NCBI RefSeq assembly: GCF_004010195.1 | Contig: NC_057752.1 | Span: forward strand, 9,128,503-9,173,341 | Length of the DNA stretch: 44,839 nt | Direction: 5' to 3' | Origin: Chiloscyllium plagiosum | Lineage: Eukaryota | Shown here: piece by piece, positions 13,801 through 25,800 of the stretch | How positions within the stretch are numbered: position 1 is the stretch's first letter | How the letters are laid out: each line of letters starts with the position of its first letter | Position numbers and translations under genes: made by a program | The notes under the pieces: model-generated | Databases searched by the model: none | What the model saw: the letters and a program-made list of their open reading frames with translations, nothing else | What the model was told of the DNA's origin: nothing

Positions 13801-16800
13801 AGCAGTGTATAATGGCATCATTTCCAGACAACTCCATGCCATAGCAACTCATCTTATCCATCAAACGTTAACTACAGTTCAGCTTCGACTGGCTTACTTA
13901 TTCAGAAAGTACATCACTTTCCGTCATATTCAGACACTGAGGTAGATGCATATCTATCATTAAAAGATGTAGTTGATACCAATCTGACCAGACTAATTTA
14001 CTTTTCACTAAGAGTTCTTGTTGGTTAAATGGGCACAAATTTATAATAGACATCAGTACAAATACTGAATGTTTTAAAATCAGTTAGAAGTTTAAAGTTG
14101 TCAATGGGAGTGACTTAATGTGGTACCTCTAAGTCAGAAGGTTGTGATTTTGAGCCCCACTGCAGGATTTGATCATACAAACCAGTCCCAAACTCCAGTG
14201 CAGCATTGAAGGAGTTTTCCCTGTGAGAAGTGCCATCTTTCAAATGACTTCATAAAGTCAAGAATGCTAAAGATTTCATGACGTTCCTTAAAGTAAAGAA
14301 TGGTCTATTCCTGGCCAACATTCCACCCTCAACTAACAACACAAAAAAAAATCATTCACCATGACTTTGTTGCTTGTGGGGTTTTTCTATTTGCTACAGG
14401 TAAAATGGCTGCTGTGTGTAGCCACATCATGGCAATTTCTGAAATCTGTGGTGTACAATTCCTTTGGATGTTTCTGAGACCTGATAGCTGTGTAATTTCT
14501 GTAGTATTGCTGAAAAAACAGATACATTTTGTCAAAGCTTTTCATCTAATGCTTATCAGGACAATTCACACAAAATAGCAAAGTAAGGGGGAAATGACGT
14601 TTATACTGTATGATTCGTTGACAAGTAGATTCTTTTTGGAGGAGGCATTTCCATTGAGACTACCCCAGTTAATGACAACCAACAGTTAACTGCTAAGCTT
14701 TGTTTAAATTTTATGTTCTATACTATCAAATTACTATTTCTTCGAATTAGGAATACTCCAGATAATCTTCCTCAATCAGTCGCCCTCTCCTGAAAAAAGT
14801 GACTTACACTCTGTGTGGCTGCAGCAATCTTCAGACCTTCATCTATTTCTGTTTTTCACAGTGATAGTTCCAATAGAAATGACGGTAGTAAATGGATTAC
14901 CATTGACATTATTTGGAAAATCTAGTCTAGACTGTCAACAGGCTATTTAACTATGAATTACAGCCAAACCAAACCCTGTTCTTACCCAATATCTACAAAT
15001 GATTGGTATCAGGAATAAGGTCCCAGGCTGTTTCTTTCCCCTCTCATAAGTCCCAGGATACTGATCCCAGTTGTGCAGCTCTAATATTGCCCTACCTGAC
15101 ATCATCTCACTGAGCATAGATTAAATATTCAACATGGACTTTACTAGTTTGCATGGCTCAGAACCATATTGTATTTGCCCACTAAACCACTGGAGTACTG
15201 GTAATAGATGTGAGCAATAAGCTTAACTACTGTAGCAAATAAAAAATGTAATGCAAACTCTGGATTAAAATACCTCGCTAGCTTTAGGTAATAGGCTTAT
15301 GGTGTACTTGGTAATTTAGTAATGTTGGTATCTCATGCACCTGTACCATGTTTTGCTGAAAATAAATATAAGCTCACTGAATCTCTTGGTAAGTCCCAGG
15401 CAGGATAGTAAAATAAAAAGTGAAAACAATGCCAAAATTGGCCAGTATTAAAATGTGTATGAAAGAGATGAACCTCCATGGGCTTATTCCTCCACTCTTC
15501 TCATATCCATATGTTCTGTTACAATGTATTGTACAATATTGCATGGCTTAAAACAGGAAGCTCACTTGTTTTATTCCAAATATGTGCAGAGCCAGCTGAT
15601 TTCAGCCAGGATAGGTTCCAGCATGCCATACTGGACCTTGACATCCTGAGGCTAGAGAAGACAAAGGGTTAACAAAAGTTCTTGTCTCCATTGCTGAAAA
15701 ATGCATGAGGTCATGATTGCAGTCAGTTCTGGTGCTCTCCATGGTTGTACTGGAAATACCTGAGACTAAAGCCTGAGATTGGTGTCTTTGGGAGATGAAT
15801 GAAAAGAGAGCCTGGAAAATAATTTTGCAACATATCCCTGTGGATTTCATTGCCTAGTGTATGCCTAGTCTCAGTCATTTTGCCAGGAGGAAGAGCTAAC
15901 TCGATAACTTGCTGTCTTTCAGCCCAATTGTGACACAAGGTGAGGGCTCGGAACAGCCCACAGAGAGTAGCGGCAAAGGAACATCAAAGTGCAGGACCAG
16001 ATTCAGTCATTCACCTTTATGTCTTCCTTTCTCCTTTAAGAAATTATTTGAACAGCAGGATATCTGATGTCAACCGCAAGGATGAAGAAGCTGTTGAGGA
16101 TCTATACAGATTTGCGAATAGACTTGAAGCACGTGTAAAATCCAGTATGCAGCACTGGGATGCAAGACAGCAACTAGTTAATCAGAGTCGCCAAAAGCAC
16201 TTGAATCGAATGACTGACCTGTTCAATCAGGTGTGTTCTGATTTTATTGCGGTCTGTTTTGTCTAATGCTTGAGTTTTGTTTTATGTTTCTGACCCACTA
16301 ATAACCCTTGTTGGTTTTGTGAGGTGAGGGCATGTTATTTGCCCAATCACATCATCCCAAGCTACAAAGCCCCCACTGCTGTCTGGAATCCTCCCAGATT
16401 CAAGCACTTGTGTAAACTGTCAAGGAAGTAAAGAATTCAGGGATGATTTCCTCCCTCGAATATTCCTTTGTGCTTCAATGCAGCAAAAAGGTTGAATTGG
16501 GGAACTCTGCAAGTTCTATTGATTGTATCTAATATTATGATCTAATTGAGTATGAGAACAGGGTCAAAGGGTTGAATGGCTCTTGTTCTTATATGTAGAT
16601 TTTGAGGGAGATCATTTCAGATACAGTTGGGATGAGTTGTTCCCTATCCCTGTCCAGGCCCCAGTTGTTCAGTAAAATGGCTATCAGAGGCTAGATGGAA
16701 ACTGTAGAACATAACCCAACAATAATCACTATCTTGAGGAAAGAAAGTAAAAAATAAAAGTCTATTACCATTATTTATGTTCTTTTTGAAGCTTAAACAC

Positions 16801-19800
16801 CGTACTGGTCTACACTTGTTCAGTCCATTTCTGGCCAAACCACCAAATCCAAGGATTAGGAAGCAGATCGGGTCCCCTCTTCAGCCGACGTTTTTGATAG
16901 CATCCAATAAACCATGTTATCTTCATGGTCAGGGCAACTGTGCATCTTCAGCTTTTCTTAGAATGAGGTATGAGTTTAGTGTTACGGTTCTGAGATTTTC
17001 AACTGAATTATGCAAAATCAGCCTCATCTTTCTTATGGTCGGTTCGGTCACTTGAAGGAAGTTCTCTATTATTGGCTATTCATGATTGTAAGTCAAATTT
17101 TAGATTCTGCTACTCGCGTTTTCAATGAAAATGGGACAAAGACAAAGTGATCTTGGATTGACATTGGTCAACATTTAGTGGACCCATGGTCTGTTCATGG
17201 TGACTCCTCGCAGGCTTGGTCTGGGTGTTTTCAGCTTTCCTCCTTGAATCAGATTCAGCAGACCACCACTTTGCAAAATGCTGCATACTGCCCTTAAACC
17301 AAACTAAGAGAACATTAAATGTACCTAAGATTACAAATGATAGAGAATACGGCGGATGACAGAGAAATATGGCTGAGTGTGTTGGAGAAGCACACTGTAC
17401 CAAAACCTAACTGCAAAGAGTATTCAACAACCGTCCAGTTCCAGCACTGTAAATGGATCCAATCACTGATGAAATATCAAGGAGCAAGGATGAAACAGGT
17501 CGTTAAGCTGGGTATACAGTCAAACAATTCCATAATGGAAATTGAGATTCATTGCTTGAGAGCTGTTACTGGCTTATTCCTGTCCTGCTCGCTTGCTATG
17601 ATGGTGGATCTTTAGAGAAGAAAATTGGGGAGACAAGTATTTTGGGCTAAATTCGGGTGAAATTTGATGTTCAATTGAACATGAGCAGGATTGGAAGTGT
17701 AATTTCCATACGCTTTCTATTCCTCATGTTTGAGGACTTAACAACTTTAAGGTTTGGGGGGGAAAGTGTGTGATAGAGTGAGGGCAGGACTTGAGCTGAA
17801 TCACTAAGTATACTGAATCCTAAAAAGGGGTGAAGAAGACAACGTGTTATTGATTAAAGTACTTTAAGCCCTCATTTTCAATGCTCACTTTGGAATTACA
17901 GGGATCCTCTGATAGAGTTATATTATTCAGGATGTAAGCGCCTGTCTAATGAACAGGAGACCCTCAATTCGAATCTTAGTAATGCCTTGCTCAGTTCTTC
18001 CAAAACGTGGCTTTCGGTTAAAGCTGGAAGGTCTTCCAGTGCAGTGGTAGTGTCCTGATCTGTAAGCTATAATGTCTGGGTTCAAGAGGAGGAATCCTAA
18101 CATGTCCAGTTGATTAAAATAATTATGACATATCCTGGTTTATGCCGACTTCAATAAGAAGACAGTTTTTGTTACACATACAAAGAATAGGAATAAACAG
18201 GTCATTTTCTGAGTGGCAACCAGTGACTAGTGGGGTACTGCAGAGAACAGTGCTTGGACCCCAAATATTCACAAAATATGTTAATGATTTAGGTGCAAGA
18301 ATGAAATATAATATCTTCAAATTTGCAGAGGACATAAAGTTGGGTGAGAGGGTAAACTGTGAGGAGGATGCAGAGATGCTTCACTTTAGACAAGTTGAGT
18401 GAGTGAGAAAACGCTTGATGAAGTATAATGTGGATAAATGTGAGGTTATCCATTTTGGTAGCAAAAACAGGAAAGCAGATTATTAGCTAAACTGCAATAG
18501 ATTGTGAAAGCGGGGTGGGGTGCAATGAGATCTGGGTGTCCTCATACACCACTCACTGAATGTAGCTGCAGCAGGTGTGGAAATGGTATGTTAGCCTTCT
18601 AAGCAAGAGAATTCGAGTACAGGAGCAAGGGTGTCAACAGGAGCAATTGTACAAGGCCTTTGTCAGACCACACCAGGAGTAATTTGGACAGTTTGGTCTC
18701 CTTTTCTAATGAAGGATGTTCTGGCTAAGGAGGGAATCATAACAAAGGCTTACCAAGCAGATTCCTGGGATGGGAGAAAGTAAGGACTGGAGATGCTGGA
18801 CATCAGAGTAAAAAAAATGTGATGCTAGAAAAGCACAGCTGGTCAGGCAGCATCCGAGGAGCAGAAGATTTGATGTTTCGGACATAATCCCTGGGATGGC
18901 AGGACTGATATATGAAGAGAATCAGGATCAGTTAGGACTATATTCTCTGGTGTTCAGTAGAATGAGGTGGGATCTCATTTAAAAAAAACTATAAAATTCT
19001 AACAACTAGACAAGATAAACGCAGGAAGAATGTTCCTGATGACCACCAGGGTCACAGTCTAAGGATAAGGGGTAGGCCATTTAGGATTCAGCTGAGGAGA
19101 TTTTCTTCACTCAGAGAATTGTGAGCCTGTGGAATTGGAGTCATAGAGTCATAGAGATGTACAGCACAGAAACAGACTCTTCGTTCCAACTCATCCATGC
19201 TGACCAGATACCCTAACCTAATCTAGTCCCATTTGCCAGCACTTGGCCCATATTCCACTAAACCCTTCCTAGTCATATATCCACCCAGATGCCTTTTAAA
19301 TGCTGTAATTGTACCAGCCTCCACCACTTCCTCTGGCAGCTCATTCCATACATGCACCACTCTCTGTGTGAAAACATTGTCCCTTAGGTCCTTTTTAAAT
19401 CTTTCCCCTCTCACCCTAAACCTATGCCCTCCAGTTCTGGACTCCCCCACCCCAGGGAAAAGACTTTGTCTATTTATCCTATCCATGCTCCTCTTGATTT
19501 TATAAACCTCTATAAGGTCACCCTTCAGTCGCCGACGCTCCAGGGAAAACATCCCCAGCCTATTCAGCCTCTCCCTATAGCTCAAATCCTCCAACCCTGG
19601 CAACATCCTTGTAAGTCTTTTCTGAACCCTTTCAAGTTTCACAACATCCTTCTGATAGGAAAGAGACCAGAATTGCATGCAATATTCCAAAATTGGCCTA
19701 ACCAATGTCCTGTACAGCTGCAATATGACCTCCCAACTCCTTTACTTAATACTCTGACAAATAAAGGAAAGCATACCACACACCTTCTTCACTGTCCTAT

Positions 19801-22800
19801 CTACCTGTGACTCCACTTTCAAGGAGCTATGAACCTGCACTCCAAGGTCTCTTTGTTCAGCAANNNNNNNNNNNNNNNNNNNNNNNNNNNNNNNNNNNNN
19901 NNNNNNNNNNNNNNNNNNNNNNNNNNNNNNNNNNNNNNNNNNNNNNNNNNNNNNNNNACTGAAGTCCATATAGATCACATCTACTACTCTGCCCTCATCA
20001 ATCCTCTTTGTTACTTCCTGGAAGGTCAACTCTTCTTATCCTCTTATGCTGCTTGACCTGCTGTGCTTTTTCCAGCTTCACTCTTTATCCACTCTGACTC
20101 TCCACCATCTGTAACTCTCACTATCTCCAAGAGTCTGTGGAATTCTCTACCACAGAAAGTGGTTGATGGCAAAACATTAAATATTTTCAAGAGGAAGTTA
20201 GATGCAATTCTTAGGGCTAAAGGAATCAAAGGGTATGGATAAAAATGGAAACAGGGTACTGAGTTGGATTAGATTAGATTAGATTACTTACAGTGTGGAA
20301 ACAGGCCCTTCGGCCCAACAAGTCCACACCGCCCCGCCGAAGCGCAACCCACCCATACCCCTACATTTACCCCTAACACTACGGGCAATTTAGCATGGCC
20401 AATTCACCTGACCTGCACATCTTTTGGATTGTGGGAGGAAACCGGAGCACCCGGAGGAAACCCACGCAGACACGGGGAGAACGTGCAAACTCCACACAGT
20501 CAGTCACCTGAGGCGGGAATTGAACCCGGATCTCTGGCGCTGTGAGGCAGCAGTGCTAACCACTGTGCCACCGTGCCGCCCACGGTGTTCAACCATGATC
20601 ATATTGAATGGCAGAGCAGGCTTGAAGGGCTGAATGGCCTACTCCTATTTCCTCTTTTTCTATACAGGTGTCTTGTGATAGTGATGTGCTAATATGACCT
20701 GCAACATTTATTAACCATATTCCTCAGTACTTGGTGTAGTAATACATTATTTAACATAGTTTGTTGGAAATGCCTGATTTGGTCGTGCAATGATAAAGGC
20801 TGCTACTAACTGGTCTTATTATTTAAGCACCCAAAATCATAAAATATCAGTTATCCGAGATTAACCCCCCCCCCCCCCCACCCACCCACAACAAAAGCAG
20901 TTGCCTTTATTTGGAATGCATAATCATCACTAACAAAGATGTTAGAAAATCAGCCTTTAAATTATAGGAAATTCTAACTTGTTATATTGGGTGTTGTGTC
21001 CGTGGAGCAGAGGAAGCTGAAGAGGAACATGATTGAGATGTATAAAATTATGAGGGCTATAGATAGGGGAGACGGGAAGTAACTTTTCCCAATGGTGGAG
21101 GAATCAATGAGCAGGGAGCATAGATTGAAGCTAATGGTGGGAGGTCCAGAGGGTAGTGGGAATCTGGATTAAAATATTTAAGTGCTTGTTTTTGACTGGC
21201 ACATATCCAGTGGGCCAAAAGACCTTTTTCAGTGCTGTAGATCTCCCTGTATCCACGTGGATAGGCAGGAAAGTGAAGTTGAGGTAGTGGATTAGCATGA
21301 TCTTATTGAAAGGCAGGATAGGTTCAAAGAGCCAACGGGCTTAAACTGACTCCTATTTCTTATATACACACAATGAATAAATATACACAATACTTCGGAC
21401 AGAATGGATTTTCCAAATTCCACATTTTGCCTCCACTGTGCTCAGTTTTGTCACATACCTCTACTTACGCCTATATATCATTAAAAGCTTCAAGTAATTT
21501 TACTGACACACATGGGATATTTTATGTAAATCAGAAATTACTGGGTGTTTAATTTGTCATAAGTGTGGCTTTTTATGTTTAAATAAGAGACAAGTGGTTT
21601 GTTAGTCCATACTGACAATGTCAGTTTTTTAACCATGAAAGTATCCACATAAAGTCTTCTGGCCTGTATGGGGGATGGATGGTACCAATTAATCAAAAAT
21701 GGTGGTTGACAGAGAGTTATGCTTCCTGATGCCATCCAGCATACTTGTAGCATGAACCTTCAAAGAATTAAATATAAAAGAAGATGCAGGCACTCGGGGT
21801 GTAAAGAACAGTATTCTTTTTATTTCTAATCTTCAACAGTATATTAAAGCATAAATTAAAGTGCAAGATAATGAGACATAGGAGCAGAACTAGGCCATTC
21901 AGCCCTTCGAGATCATTCCGCCATTCAATGAGATCACGCCTGATGTGATCATTTTCAACTCCACTTTCCTGCCTTATCCCCATAACAATTAATTCCTTTC
22001 ATGATTTCAAATCTGTCTCACTCAGCCTTGAATATACTTAACGATGCAGCTTCAACAGTCTTTTGCGGCAAAGAATTCCACAGATTCACTACCCTTTGAG
22101 ATAAGAAAATTCCTCCTCATCTCTTCTCCTCCTCCTCTGGACTGCCTCCAATGCTCGTATATCTTTCCTTAGTTAGGGGATCAAAACTGTTCACTGTGAT
22201 ATTCCAGCTGTGATCTGACCAGCCTGATATATTTTTAGCAAGACTTCACAACTTTTTATATTCCAATCCTTTTGAAATAAAGGCCAACATTCCATTTGCC
22301 TTCCCTATTACCCACTGAACTTGGATGCCAGCTTTTTATGATTCATCCACTCAAATCCCTCTGTCCTGCTGAACCCTGCAGTCTTTCCCCATTTAAATAA
22401 TATTGAACTCTATTTTTCCTGCCAAAGTGCATAATCTCAATCTTTCCATATTATATTCCATCTGCTAAGTTTTTATTTAATCACTTAACCTATTATATTC
22501 CTCTGTAGACTCCCTGTGTCATCCTCACTACTTATCTTGCCACCTATTTTTGTGTCAGCTGCAAACTTGATGATAATATGTTCACTTCCACCATCCAAGT
22601 CAAGAATATATACTGTATATATTTCCAGGTATTCAAGAACAACTAGTCCTCAGATTCTCTTTCAACTGTTTCCAAAGATGTAGAAGGCATAGGAGATTAG
22701 TCCTGCATGCTTTATTGAATAAATATCAATTTGCTTTCTGCCTTTTTTGCATGCAAGTAGTGTGCAGAATGTGAAATGGCACAACCTCTTGTGCAGAATC

Positions 22801-25800
22801 AAGTCTGCAAATTTAATCGCAATATGAAAAGCTGAAGTCACATTAACCTGTTTTCTCCTCTTCACTGAAAACTTCTTCTTCTCAGCCTCCTTTGGCTTTT
22901 GAGGACTTACAAAACTCACCATAACTGCTGTATTAGGCGAAAGTGAGGACTGCTGATGCTGGAGATCAGAATCAAGATTAGAATGGTGCTGGAGAAGTAC
23001 AGCAGGTCAGGCAGCATCCGAGGAGCAGGAAAATCAATGTTTCGGGCAGGAGCCCTTCATCAGGATGGGCTATTGTATTGTTAACAGTACATGTCACTTC
23101 AGAGTCCTTGTTAGCTCCTCCATTACTTTAATCTATCTCACTTTTGCGAAGTTTGTCAATTGGATGTGTAGGAAGAGTATCATTTACCATTCCCATATTT
23201 TCCGAAAATGCATTTGTTCTACATCTTAAATCCTTCAAAATCCTCTTCATCTGGAGACCCTTCTGAAAATATAACAGTGTGTAACAATTTTCCTAAGCCT
23301 TACTCAGTGTTGCACATTTCATTCCAAGCACAGGCCACATTTAATTGCTTCAATGCTACATACAGATTTGAAGTTCTATATTGTGCCTACATGATTGATA
23401 AACTTCCTCATGAAATGTCTTATATAATAATATTTCATTTTTTCTGGATGACACCCTGTTAGGTTAAATCAATAGTTAACTTTGGGAGACAGGAAACTGG
23501 TAAAAATGTTGCCTTTCCCAAACTCAGATTCATGAGAATGAGCTCTACAACTGCTTCACTATCTTCAGGCTTGTCAATTTTTAAAAAATACTCTTTCACT
23601 GCAGGTGTAAAAACACGATAAAATCATTCTTGAAAAACATCTTTGTCCATCCATGCATTACCCTGGACATTGTAAATTACAGGTAACTGCAACACCTTTA
23701 AATTACTTCAGACACTGAATTTTCCAACCACCAAAAGTCTTACTTTAAGTGAGCCTGCAGCATTTGCACTCAGCTGTACTGTAAATACCTTTGTCTGTTT
23801 AAAACCAGTAGAACCAGATTCACTTGCACCAGCCAGAGTAGAGTCTGGCAAACATGCCAACATAAACCAGTTTTGTCTGTATTGTAAATTTTATGAAGGG
23901 AAATATTATGTTCTGAAATTAATTTGTTTAAAAAAAATCAAAGTATTTCTCTGCAGCATTTAATTGGCCAATTTTATTCACCAGATAGAGCTAACCTTCT
24001 AATTCTGTAACAAAGTTTAAAACATGAAAGCAGTAATTAGAAAATACATATGGTTTAGTCAATTTAATATTCTCATTAATTTTTTTTTGCCCTTTCAATG
24101 AGTATTGTGTAAGAGAAAAAAATGGGGTGTGGGGACTCTGAATATTTCAATAAAACTATGAAATACTGTCTGGGCTCATGAAGTTAGAGAGCATCTTTTA
24201 TTTGATTCAGAACTGTCAAAACACTTCAGCAATTATTCTCCTTGGCCCTAATATCATATATCATGGCTGAGCCAACAGTATATTTAAAGGAGTTGGTTAG
24301 CTCATGTGGTTGGAGGGTCAGGGGTTTGCAATGCAGAGTGACGCCAACAGAGGGATTTAATTCCCGTACTGGCTGAGGTCATTATGAAGAGTCCACCTTC
24401 TTGACTTTACTGAGATGTAGTGGCCCTCAACTTAAACTCGCCACCAGTCGTCCCTCTTTGAGAGAGCTCAACTATGGTGACTTTACCTTGAAATTCTTTA
24501 ATCAAAGCTTTCTGATTCTTGCCCTTTTCACCACATCCACAGATGTCAATTTTCTACTTAGTGTCAACGCTTTTGCACTTCTCACTCTGGCTTTTCTCTG
24601 GTTAATGGATTTATAATAGCAAGATTGGGTTTATAACTCATGTATTGGAAACATAAAGAATGTCAATGGTGGCTATGAATATGGACTGCCAGCACCTCTC
24701 ACAGAAGCTTGTCCAGCCATATCAAGGAGACTTAGGAGGTCAGCTTGATCAAATGGATCAATCACCTGAAAAATGGCAGATGAAGTTCAATCAGGATAAC
24801 TGCGAGATGTTGCATTTTGGTACAATAAGCAGAGGTAAGGCTTCTACAATTAATGGTAAGGCCTTGGATAGTGTTGTATAACAGAGAGACCTAAGGGTGC
24901 AGGTACATAATTCTTTGAAGGTTGCGTCACATAGAGGCAGGGTGGTTAAAAAGACATTTGGCACACTTGCCTTCATTGCTTAGTCTTTTAAGTGTAGGAG
25001 TTGGGATGTCATGTTGAGGTTGTACAGGACATTAGTGAGGCCTCTTCTGGAGTACGTGTCCAGTTCAGGTCACCCAGTTACAGGAAGGATATTATCAAGC
25101 TGGAGGGGATTCAGAAGAGATTTACCAGGATGTTGCCGGGTATGGAAGATTTGAGTCATATGGAAAGGTTGGATAGGCTGAGATTTTTTTCACTGTAGTG
25201 TAGGAGGTTGAGAGACGATCTGATAGAAGTTTATAAAATAATTAGAGGTATAGGTAGAATTAATGGTGCTTGTCTTTTCCCTGGAATGGGGGAATTTAAA
25301 GCCAATTGGCACATTTTTAAAGTGAGAGGAGAGAGATTTAAAAAAGACATGAGGGGCAAATGTTTTACACAGAGGGTTGTTCATGTGTGGGATGACCTTC
25401 CTGAGGAAGTGGTGAATGTGGGTACAATTACAATGTTTAAGAGACATTTGGATAGATACATGAATAGGAAAAGTTTGGAGGGATAGGGGCCAGGGGCAGG
25501 TGGGTGGGACTAGATTAGTTTGGGATTGTAATCTTCATGGACTGGTTGGATTGAAGGGTCTGTTTCCATGCTGTATGACTATGACTCTGGTCCTGGATAA
25601 CCTGAATGGCTTCCAATTGCTAAAATGAAATAGGGAAATACAGAAATTCTGGTTAGTAGAGAATTGTGGTTGGTGTAGTGCCAGACAACAAGAAGTTTAC
25701 ACTATGCAGCTGCATGTATCAGCAATGCTGTACCCAGGTTCCAGTTATTCGAGAGGACTGCTGTTGTGTGCAGCAGGTACAAGCTGAGATTCTAACAATC

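Larger units (their letters stand above)
18170..20660 (+). mobile_element. Old CR1 LINE hosting several nested insertions
   Basis: RT motifs W.PVTSGV.Q..VLGP..F..YVNDL and KFAED; the 3'UTR resumes at 20131-20266 and about 20585-20660. Confidence 0.85.
22720..24610 (-). pseudogene. Decayed pogo/Tigger transposase (HTH_psq + CENP-B-type HTH + DDE_1), JRK/Jerky-like
   Basis: Minus-strand fragments in JRK order: [133 protein letters not shown]. Many stops and frameshifts, plus two nested insertions. Confidence 0.85.

Noticed and set aside
17319..17615. 98-aa plus-strand ORF as an extra FAM186 exon
   Set aside because: No convincing phase-2 acceptor or homology. The nearby acceptor at about 17103 gives an early stop, and 16967 joins 27478 cleanly.
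20864..20890. Poly-C tracts as G-quadruplex elements (also 40417-40436)
   Set aside because: These are simple homopolymer expansions; the second lies at the LINE's Gly-Gly codons.
22662..22922. 86-aa minus-strand ORF ([17 protein letters not shown]...) as an exon of an antisense gene
   Set aside because: It is explained as the frameshifted C-terminal tail of the JRK-like transposase fossil.
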